This document shows, piece after piece, positions 24,818 to 32,000 of a stretch of 32,000 nt of DNA. Within the stretch, counting starts at the first letter, position 1; the number at the start of each line of letters is the position of its first letter. Below the pieces are notes generated by a model. It did not search any database, had not been told where the DNA came from, and worked only from the letters and a program-made list of their open reading frames with translations. Location: contig NC_009483.1 in the NCBI RefSeq assembly GCF_000016745.1, positions 1,260,001 to 1,292,000 on the forward strand. Reading direction: 5' to 3'. The stretch is from Geotalea uraniireducens Rf4. GTDB taxonomy: Bacteria > Desulfobacterota > Desulfuromonadia > Geobacterales > Geobacteraceae. The translations under genes were made by a program, and so were the position numbers.

Positions 24818-24931
24818 ATGAAGGTAAGAGCCTCAGTAAAAAAGATTTGTGAAAAATGTAAAATAATTAAGCGCAAAGGTATAGTGCGTGTTATATGCGA
24901 CATACCCAAGCATTCTCAGAGGCAAGGATAA
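24818..24931 (+). CDS. rpmJ: 50S ribosomal protein L36 (zinc-binding form)
   Basis: Absent from the ORF track. Hand translation gives [37 protein letters not shown], 37 aa, canonical L36 with CxxC...C...H. Confidence 0.94.
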   Translation: MKVRASVKKICEKCKIIKRKGIVRVICDIPKHSQRQG

Positions 24932-24963
24932 CAGTACAAAGCATGAATTAGGAGGGACGGGCA

Positions 24964-25332
24964 TTGGCACGTATCGCTGGAATAGACCTACCAAGGAATA
25001 AACGTATTGAAATCGCGTTAACTTACATCTATGGTATCGGCAGATCAACTGCGCAAAAGATACTGGCGGATGCAGGCGTTGACTCAAATACTCGTAGCGA
25101 CAATTTGACCGAGTCTGAGATTGCGCGAATCAGAGAAAATATTGATAAAAACGTCAAGGTTGAAGGTGATCTTCGCCGTGATATTTCGATGAATATAAAG
25201 CGGTTAATGGATCTGGGTTGCTATCGGGGGCTTCGTCATAGAAAAGGCTTGCCGGTTCATGGACAGAGGACCAAGACCAATGCACGCACAAGAAAAGGTC
25301 CTGCTCGTACAGTGGCAGGTAAGAAGAAATAG
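24964..25332 (+). CDS. rpsM: 30S ribosomal protein S13
   Basis: 122 aa. TTG start followed by the canonical [21 protein letters not shown] upstream. Confidence 0.98.
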   Translation: MARIAGIDLPRNKRIEIALTYIYGIGRSTAQKILADAGVDSNTRSDNLTESEIARIRENIDKNVKVEGDLRRDISMNIKRLMDLGCYRGLRHRKGLPVHGQRTKTNARTRKGPARTVAGKKK

Positions 25333-25354
25333 TAACTAAGTCTTTGGAGGAATA

Positions 25355-25750
25355 ATGGCTAGTCCTGCTAAAAAGATAGTTAAAAAGAAAAAAGAAAAGA
25401 AGAATATACCGAATGGTGTGGCGCATATTCAAGCCACATTTAACAATACCATGATCACTATCACAGACCCTGTAGGAAATGTGATTGCGTGGTGTACATC
25501 TGGATGCAAAGGTTTTAAGGGTTCCCGAAAAAGTACGCCTTTTGCTGCTCAGATGGCAGCTGAAGACTGTGCTAAAAAAGCACAGGAGCATGGCATGCGC
25601 AGCGTTGAAGTATTTGTTAAGGGACCGGGGTCTGGACGAGAATCTGCTTTGCGTGCTTTACAAGCTGCCGGATTTAGTATTAGTTTCATTCGGGACGTTA
25701 CGCCTATACCTCATAACGGTTGTCGCCCACCCAAAAGAAGAAGAGTCTAA
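25355..25750 (+). CDS. rpsK: 30S ribosomal protein S11
   Basis: 131 aa with [18 protein letters not shown] and [16 protein letters not shown]. Confidence 0.99.
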   Translation: MASPAKKIVKKKKEKKNIPNGVAHIQATFNNTMITITDPVGNVIAWCTSGCKGFKGSRKSTPFAAQMAAEDCAKKAQEHGMRSVEVFVKGPGSGRESALRALQAAGFSISFIRDVTPIPHNGCRPPKRRRV

Positions 25751-25782
25751 ACCCATAGAGTTAATAGTTAAGGAGGTCTTCA

Positions 25783-26409
25783 TTGGCTAGATATACAGGC
25801 CCCTCATGCAGATTGTGCAGAAGGGAAAATACGGAGTTGTTTCTGAAGGGTGAGCGCTGCTACACTGACAAATGTGCCATCAAAAGAAGAAATTATCCCC
25901 CGGGTCAGCATGGACAGGGGCGGACAAAAACTTCGGACTACGGTGTACAGCTCCGTGAAAAACAAAAGGTAAGACGTATTTATGGAATACTTGAAAATCA
26001 ATTCCGTGGATACTTTGAACGTGCTGACAGGCTCAAAGGCGTTACTGGCGAGAACTTACTTTTCTTGCTTGAGAGGCGCTTGGACAATATAGCGTATCGT
26101 CTTGGCTTTGCTTCCTCAAGAATTGAGGCTCGCCAGTTGGTAAGACATGGACATTTTACACTTAACGGCAGGAAAGTTACCATACCGTCTATACAGGTAA
26201 AGGCTGGAGATGTGCTGGAACTCAGGGAAAAAAGCCGTAAGGTTGCGTGTATTAACGAATCTCTGGAAGCAGTTGTACGACGCGGAATACCACAGTGGCT
26301 TGAACTTGATAAAGGAGCTTATAAAGGAGCGGTAAAGACTCTCCCTGCCAGGGAAGATATTACGATGCCAATCCAGGAGCAGTTGATAGTTGAGCTCTAT
26401 TCCAAGTAA
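25783..26409 (+). CDS. rpsD: 30S ribosomal protein S4 (Cys-containing N-terminus)
   Basis: 208 aa. TTG start, then [30 protein letters not shown], followed by the S4 RNA-binding domain. Confidence 0.98.
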   Translation: MARYTGPSCRLCRRENTELFLKGERCYTDKCAIKRRNYPPGQHGQGRTKTSDYGVQLREKQKVRRIYGILENQFRGYFERADRLKGVTGENLLFLLERRLDNIAYRLGFASSRIEARQLVRHGHFTLNGRKVTIPSIQVKAGDVLELREKSRKVACINESLEAVVRRGIPQWLELDKGAYKGAVKTLPAREDITMPIQEQLIVELYSK

Positions 26410-26443
26410 AGGCTAACGAGACCCCGCTACAGGGAGGAAATAC

Positions 26444-27466
26444 ATGTATAGAAATTGGCGCGACCTGATCAAGCCAAAAAAGTTGCAGGTTGAGACTGAA
26501 TCACTTACAAATACATATGGTAAGTTTTATGCTGAGCCTTTTGAGCGCGGCTTTGGTACTACTCTTGGTAATTCTCTTCGCAGGGTGCTTCTGTCATCAT
26601 TACAGGGTGCAGCAATTACATCTGTAAAGGCCAAAGGCGTATTGCACGAGTTTTCTGCAATTCCAGGTGTCACAGAAGATGCTACTGACATTATACTGAA
26701 TCTGAAGGGCGTAAGATTCAAGATGCATGGTCATGAATCACGAGTAGTCAGGATCGTTCAGAAAGGCGAAGGATTAGTAAAGGCTGGCGATATCATAACT
26801 GATCCGAATGTTGAAGTACTCAACCCTAATCACCATATTGCAACGTGTTCCAAAGACGCAAATCTTGAAATGGAAATGGTTGTAAAAATGGGTAAGGGCT
26901 ATGTCCCGGCTGATCGCAATCGCGACGAAAAAGCGCCTGTGGGAACAATTCCAATTGACTCGATTTTCTCGCCCCTGACAAAGGTTAATTTTACGGTCTC
27001 TAACGCTCGTGTTGGGCAGATAACTGATTATGATAAGCTGATAATTGAGATATGGACTGATGGGAGTGTTAAGCCCCAGGATGCGCTGGCGTATGCTTCG
27101 AAAATATTGAAGGATCAGCTCACCATATTTATAAACTTTGATGAAGAGGTTGAACCAGTAGAGGAAGTTGAGCCAGAAGAGGAACGTGAGCGATTTAATG
27201 AGAACCTTTATCGCTCTGTTGATGAGTTAGAGCTCTCTGTTCGTTCGGCAAACTGCCTGAAAAATGCGGGGATTAAATTAATTGGCGAGCTCGTATCCCG
27301 TACTGAAGCGGAGATGCTGAAAACTCAAAATTTCGGCAGAAAATCTCTGAATGAGATTAAGGATATCCTCGTGGACATGGGCCTTACCCTTGGGATGAGA
27401 TTGGATAATTTCCCGGATCCTGAGATTATGCGCAGGCTGCGTGGAGAGCAAAACGAAGAAGAATAA
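26444..27466 (+). CDS. rpoA: DNA-directed RNA polymerase subunit alpha
   Basis: 340 aa with an N-terminal domain ([17 protein letters not shown]) and a C-terminal domain ([24 protein letters not shown]). Confidence 0.99.
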
Positions 27467-27501
27467 ATCGCAAGGCTTTAAAGAGAAAGGAATACGTAGT
27501 C

Positions 27502-28056
27502 ATGCGTCATAATAAAGCGGGAAAAAGATTAGGCAGGACCACTAGCCACAGGATAGCCATGTATAGAAACATGGTCACATCCTTCTTGAATCATGAAAGA
27601 ATAACTACGACTGACGTGAAGGCTAAAGAACTTCGTTCTATTGCTGAAAAAATGATCACCCTTGGGAAAAAAGGTGATCTCCATGCAATGCGACAGGCTG
27701 CTTCGTACATTCGCGATAAAAAGGTTGTCACCAAGTTGTTTACTGCAATTGCGCCTCGCTATGCAGAACGTGCTGGTGGTTACACACGAATCATTAAGCT
27801 GGGAATCCGGCCTGGTGATAATGCGCCTCTTTCGGTTATCGAGTTGGTTGAGGAAGAATTGAACGCCCCTAAGGGGACGGCAAAGAAGAAGGCCGATGTA
27901 AAAAAAACAGCGCCTAAAGCTGCCGCACAGGCAACAGCTGCAAAGGTTGAAGATACACCGGCAGTTGAGGCGGCTGAACCCGCCGCGGAAGAGATTGTTG
28001 CGCAACCGGCAGCAGTGGTTGATCCTGCTGAAGAGTGTGAAGCCAAGGCCGACTAA
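27502..28056 (+). CDS. rplQ: 50S ribosomal protein L17 with a long Ala/Glu/Pro/Lys-rich C-terminal extension
   Basis: [17 protein letters not shown]...[25 protein letters not shown] is the L17 core. About 65 further low-complexity residues follow, for 184 aa in total. Confidence 0.98.
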
Positions 28057-28073
28057 ATTCAATATTTAATAAT

Positions 28074-28115
28074 AAAATGCAAAAAGGCACAGGAAACTGT
28101 GCCTTTTTGCATTTT
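28074..28115 (+). terminator. Rho-independent terminator ending the r-protein array (symmetric, potentially bidirectional)
   Basis: Perfect 19-bp stem: AAAATGCAAAAAGGCACAG (28074-28092), GAAA loop, CTGTGCCTTTTTGCATTTT (28097-28115). The GC core GGCACAG/CTGTGCC is followed by a T-run. It starts 18 nt after the rplQ stop. Confidence 0.85.
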
Positions 28116-28189
28116 ATATGCTGAAAGCAATGGGCCTATTTTCCCGGTTAATTCCGTCCTTAGCGGCTGTTGCAGTCCGCATCTTTGCC

Positions 28190-28219
28190 TTTACAATAAA
28201 AGCCCGTCTCTGCTACTAT
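28190..28219 (+). promoter_or_regulatory. Candidate smc promoter
   Basis: TTTACA (28190-28195), an 18-bp spacer, then TACTAT (28214-28219), ending 10 nt before the smc ATG. This is a hexamer match only. Confidence 0.35.
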
Positions 28220-28229
28220 ACGCCGATTT

Positions 28230-31200
28230 ATGAAAATTAAACGACTTGACATATTAGGCTTTAAGTCCTTCCATGACAAAGTGTCCCTGGATTTCCAGCA
28301 AGGTATTACCGGGATAGTCGGTCCCAATGGTTGCGGTAAATCTAATGTCGTCGATGCCATCCGCTGGGTGATGGGGGAGCAGTCTGCTAAAAACCTTCGC
28401 GGAAAGCAGATGGAAGATATCATCTTTGGCGGGAGCGAATGTCGCAAGCCGTTAGGCTTGGCTGAGGTATCGTTGGTTTTTTCTACAGACGATGGCCGTG
28501 TACCGGCCAAGTATTTAAACTATAGTGAGATCCAGGTTACAAGACGTTTGTACCGTGACGGTGAGAGTGAATATCTACTGAACAAGTCGCAATGCCGTTT
28601 GCTCGATATTGCGGAACTGTTCATGGATACCGGTGTGGGGGCCAGGGCGTACTCGATTATCGAACAGGGTAAAATCGGCATGATTCTCCACTCAAAGCCG
28701 GAGGAACGTCGAGTGCTTATTGAAGAGGCTGCAGGCGTTACCAAATTCAAGGCACGCAAGCAGGTGGCACTGAAAAAGATTGATGTAACCAGGCAGAATC
28801 TGTTGCGCATCAGTGATATTTTATCTGAAATCAAGCGGCAACTTGGCGGTTTGCAGCGTCAGGCGAAAAAAGCGGAAAAGTTCCGTGAATATCGAGAAGA
28901 ATTAAAGGAGATTGAACTCCTTTTTTCAGTCAATTGTTATCGTGCGCTGAAAGATAATAAAACAGGTGTGGATGAAGAGCTTGCAACACTCAATAAGAAG
29001 CTGGCATTTCTTGTTGCAGATCAGGAAAAAGGCGAACTGGCGCTTGAGGAAAAACGGATAACCCTTCTTGAACAGGAAGAAGCGCTCGTGGTGTCACAAG
29101 AAGAGATATATCGGGTGAAGAGTGACATTCAGGGAGGGGAAAATCGACGGGAATTCCAAAAAAAGGAGTTGCTTAACCTCGAACGCCTGGTAGGCCGCTT
29201 CAATGACGATCTGACAAATCAGACGCAGCAATTAGCCGATGCGGAAATCGAACTCAAGTCTCTCGTGGAGCACAAGGGCGGATTTGTTGTAGAGCTTGCG
29301 GACGAAGAGCAGAACCTCCTGGAGTGCGAAAGCCTTCTGGAAGAAACAACCCGTGTGGAAAGGGCCATCTCCGAGCAGGTTGAAGAAAATCGTAAAGAAT
29401 TATTCGGGATTTTATCTGAAATTGCCCAGTTCAATAATAAATATTCCGGTGCTGCAAAACGGCTCGAAGCAATGGCGGAACGATTTGAGCGAAACCAACG
29501 GGAAAGCCTCATGCTGGGCGAAAAACAGGCTGAGGCAAGTACGCGGGTGACCGGGCTGGAGAATGCCTGTAAAAATAATGCCGAGTTAAAGCAGATAACG
29601 GCTAATGAGATGGCTGATCTCAGGCAGCGTGAAGAGGAGTTGAAAGTTACCCTGGCCGCTAAAGAAAAGGAACTCCAGGATAAACGTGACCAATTGAGCG
29701 CAAAATCGTCACGTCTTCGTTCAATACAGGAACTGGAGGCACAGTTTGCCGGTTATGGACAGGGGGTCCGCACTCTTCTTACGGCCGAAGGATTTAAAAA
29801 GCGCTTTCGAGGCATGGTTGCCGATATCGTCGAAACCGGCGAGACCTACGAAGCCGCAGTAGAGGTCGCACTTGGTGAGAGACTTCAGTGGCTTCTTTGC
29901 AATAGTGATGGCGACGCATTGGAAGCTGTGGCCTATCTGAAGGATATTTCCGGTGGCCGGAGCAGTTTTGTTCTCCAGAACTTTCAGCTTGTGGGGGAGA
30001 GATTAGTAGTGCCCGGCGCAGACGACCTGTTGGCAAAGGTCACCATTGCAGATGGGTTCAAGGCGTTTGTCGAGCCTTTGCTGGCCAATACACGCCTAGT
30101 TGAGACACTGTGTAAAGCACTTGAACTTGCTAAACAATATCCACAACTTACCTTTGTTACCATTCATGGGGATATGGTTCATTCCGGCGGGATCGTCAAT
30201 GGCGGTTCACTGGAGGCTGCGCAGCAAGGACTGATTCATAAAAAGCGTGAAATTAAGGAGCTGTCCGGGGAAGTTGCTGCTATAACCACGCGAGTCAAGG
30301 ATCTGGAAGAAATACGAGCTGAGCTGAAAGAGGAATTCATTGCCGTTGAAGAGGGGCTGCGCGATGTCAGGCAGAGATTGCATCAGGCTGATATTCAATC
30401 ACTCAATAGTGAAAAAGATTTGATTCGTGCTCGTGAAGAGCTCCAACGAATCGAGGAACGAACAGCTATCAGAAGTCTGGAAGACGAGCAACTTCGTGAA
30501 GAGAAAATGCTCCTGGAAAATGAATTATCTGATGCGAACCAAAAAAGGTGTATCGGTGAAGAGCGCAAGACTGTCTTGGAGTTGAGATTAAAGGAACTGC
30601 AGCAGTCTCTTGCGGCAAAAAAGGAAGAGATAGATGCGGTGCGAGAATCGGTTACTTCGAGGAAGGTCAGGGTTGCAGCGCTTAAGGAAAAACGGGAATC
30701 CAACGTACAGGCAATCAGGCGGATCGAAGATCTTATTACCGGTCTCCGGCAAAAGATTGCAGGACATGACGCTGAACTTGAGCGAGCGGCTGGGGATCGA
30801 GAAAAACTTATATCGGCCATTAATCAAAGTGATGAGTCCATCAAACTTTTACTGCAAAAACAGGCGAGCGTGGAAACTGCATTTACTGCAGTTAAAGAGC
30901 ATTATGAGCTCGAAGCCAAGGCTCATAAGGAAGAAGAGGCAAAGCTGAAGGGATTGCGTAACCTGGTAGTTGATGTGAAGGAGTCCATTACTGCAAAGAC
31001 TATTAAATCATCGGAACTTTCCATGCAACTCGATCATCTGGAGAATCAGTTGCTGGATAAATACCGTCTTGATATCGCAGAGCTTTTCCCCAAATACGGG
31101 ATCATCGATTACAATGCAGCGGAAAAGATCGCTCGACAGGGTGAGTTGCAAAAACTCGTCGATGAAATGGGAGATGTAAATCTGACGGCTATTGATGAGT

Positions 31201-31760
31201 TTCAGGAACTTGATAAACGGTTCACTTTCCTTGCCGAGCAGAAAGAGGATCTGGAAGAATCGCTCCACTCTTTGCAAAAAGCCATACAGCGGATCAATAA
31301 GACCACTCGCAAGCGTTTTCTTGAAACCTTTCAGCTTGTTAATGCCAAATTCCAGGAGGTATTTCCTAGGCTCTTCTGTGGAGGGCGGGCTGAACTAAAG
31401 TTAACCAATGAAGAGGACCTGTTGGAAACGGGATTGGAAATAATTGTGCAGCCTCCCGGGAAGAAACTCCAGAATGTCACCCTCCTGTCGGGCGGCGAGA
31501 AGGCGTTGACTGCTGTTGCATTGATATTTTCCATATTCCTGATAAAGCCAACTCCATTTTGCCTGCTTGATGAGGTTGACGCGCCGTTGGACGACGCGAA
31601 TATCGGCCGGTTCAACGATATGGTGAGGGAGATGAGCGCAATTTCACAGTTTATTATAATTACCCACAATAAAACGACCATGGCCGTGGTTGATACCTTG
31701 TATGGCGTTACCATGGAGGAACCCGGGGTATCCAAGCTGGTGTCGGTAAAGCTTAATTAA
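28230..31760 (+). CDS. smc: Chromosome partition/condensin protein SMC
   Basis: 1176 aa with N-terminal MKIKRLDILGFKSF...GPNGCGKSN (Walker A), long E/K/L/Q-rich coiled-coil arms and a central hinge. The C-terminus has LSGGEKALTAVAL (signature) and FCLLDEVDAPLDD (Walker B). Confidence 0.98.
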   Translation: MKIKRLDILGFKSFHDKVSLDFQQGITGIVGPNGCGKSNVVDAIRWVMGEQSAKNLRGKQMEDIIFGGSECRKPLGLAEVSLVFSTDDGRVPAKYLNYSEIQVTRRLYRDGESEYLLNKSQCRLLDIAELFMDTGVGARAYSIIEQGKIGMILHSKPEERRVLIEEAAGVTKFKARKQVALKKIDVTRQNLLRISDILSEIKRQLGGLQRQAKKAEKFREYREELKEIELLFSVNCYRALKDNKTGVDEELATLNKKLAFLVADQEKGELALEEKRITLLEQEEALVVSQEEIYRVKSDIQGGENRREFQKKELLNLERLVGRFNDDLTNQTQQLADAEIELKSLVEHKGGFVVELADEEQNLLECESLLEETTRVERAISEQVEENRKELFGILSEIAQFNNKYSGAAKRLEAMAERFERNQRESLMLGEKQAEASTRVTGLENACKNNAELKQITANEMADLRQREEELKVTLAAKEKELQDKRDQLSAKSSRLRSIQELEAQFAGYGQGVRTLLTAEGFKKRFRGMVADIVETGETYEAAVEVALGERLQWLLCNSDGDALEAVAYLKDISGGRSSFVLQNFQLVGERLVVPGADDLLAKVTIADGFKAFVEPLLANTRLVETLCKALELAKQYPQLTFVTIHGDMVHSGGIVNGGSLEAAQQGLIHKKREIKELSGEVAAITTRVKDLEEIRAELKEEFIAVEEGLRDVRQRLHQADIQSLNSEKDLIRAREELQRIEERTAIRSLEDEQLREEKMLLENELSDANQKRCIGEERKTVLELRLKELQQSLAAKKEEIDAVRESVTSRKVRVAALKEKRESNVQAIRRIEDLITGLRQKIAGHDAELERAAGDREKLISAINQSDESIKLLLQKQASVETAFTAVKEHYELEAKAHKEEEAKLKGLRNLVVDVKESITAKTIKSSELSMQLDHLENQLLDKYRLDIAELFPKYGIIDYNAAEKIARQGELQKLVDEMGDVNLTAIDEFQELDKRFTFLAEQKEDLEESLHSLQKAIQRINKTTRKRFLETFQLVNAKFQEVFPRLFCGGRAELKLTNEEDLLETGLEIIVQPPGKKLQNVTLLSGGEKALTAVALIFSIFLIKPTPFCLLDEVDAPLDDANIGRFNDMVREMSAISQFIIITHNKTTMAVVDTLYGVTMEEPGVSKLVSVKLN

Positions 31761-31828
31761 GGTGGATGAGGGGCGCGTTGGGGGTAATTGGCTTTTCAGC
31801 GCTTACCTGACCTTTTGAGGAGGATTCA

Positions 31829-32000
31829 TTGCCTTTCAAAACTATTCTCAGAGAATTGGTCGAAACCACCCATGGTGCAAACGGCGCCATCCTGGCAGAC
31901 TGGGAAGGGGAGGCGGTTGAGCAGTATTGCTTGACCGATGCCTTCGAATTAAAGGTAACGGCTGCCCATAAAGGGATCATTCTCAATCAGTTGAAGGATA
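31829..32000 (+). CDS. Roadblock/LC7-like (MglB-type fold) protein, 5' fragment running off the window
   Basis: A TTG at 31829 lies 5 nt after GAGGAGGA (31816-23). Translation: (M)PFKTILRELVETTHGANGAILADWEGEAVEQYCLTDAFELKVTAAHKGIILNQLKD... The pattern 'GA.GAIL.D.EGE.V' resembles the Roadblock/LC7 family, from memory only. Only 57 codons are visible. Confidence 0.45.
   Translation, partial: MPFKTILRELVETTHGANGAILADWEGEAVEQYCLTDAFELKVTAAHKGIILNQLKD

Noticed and set aside
25485-25790. 101-aa + strand ORF overlapping rpsK in another frame. Similar cases are at 13462-13713, 7031-7339, 11039-11350 and 29296-29550.
   Set aside because: These are out-of-frame overlaps with well-supported genes and have no independent coding signal.
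27529-28062. 177-aa minus-strand ORF spanning almost all of rplQ. Another minus-strand ORF at 17705-18283 lies opposite rpsQ and rplN.
   Set aside because: The Cys/Phe/Arg-rich translation looks like nonsense, and the ORFs mirror genuine r-protein genes. The start of the first sits inside the rplQ terminator region with no RBS.
28160-28510. 116-aa minus-strand ORF overlapping the smc start and its upstream region.
   Set aside because: It is antisense to the conserved SMC Walker A region and has no family resemblance. It would have to be read through the candidate smc promoter.
31753-31986. 77-aa minus-strand ORF at the window end.
   Set aside because: The opposite (+) frame has a strong SD and a family-like sequence (Roadblock/LC7-like). 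The minus ORF has neither.

Overview
This window is a core housekeeping locus, and every credible gene is on the + strand. It runs from the 3' end of rplL through rpoB and rpoC. A candidate promoter then leads into an unbroken 34-gene str/S10/spc/alpha ribosomal superoperon: rpsL, rpsG, fusA, tuf, rpsJ through rpsQ, rplN through rplO, secY, adk, map, rpmJ, rpsM, rpsK, rpsD, rpoA, rplQ. No intergenic gap in that array exceeds 35 nt. A perfect 19-bp hairpin terminator follows, then smc and the 5' end of a Roadblock/LC7-like gene. Two small genes missing from the ORF track were found by direct translation: rpmD (21422..21601) and rpmJ (24818..24931). The ORF-track starts of rpmC and rpsQ were trimmed to their canonical N-termini. 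Protein N-termini look like Geobacter/Desulfuromonadales-type homologues, but that is from memory and was not searched. I see no tRNA or rRNA genes, CRISPR arrays, transposases, integrases, defence genes or other accessory cargo. My honest reading is that this is an ordinary, highly conserved region with no previously undescribed system. The observations worth a second look are modest. They are a sharp GC and codon-usage island confined to tuf, heavy use of TTG/GTG start codons, and no infA between map and rpmJ. The others are a long low-complexity tail on L17, a Cys4 motif in L24, an smc start with no Shine-Dalgarno (SD) sequence, and a few intergenic hairpins.
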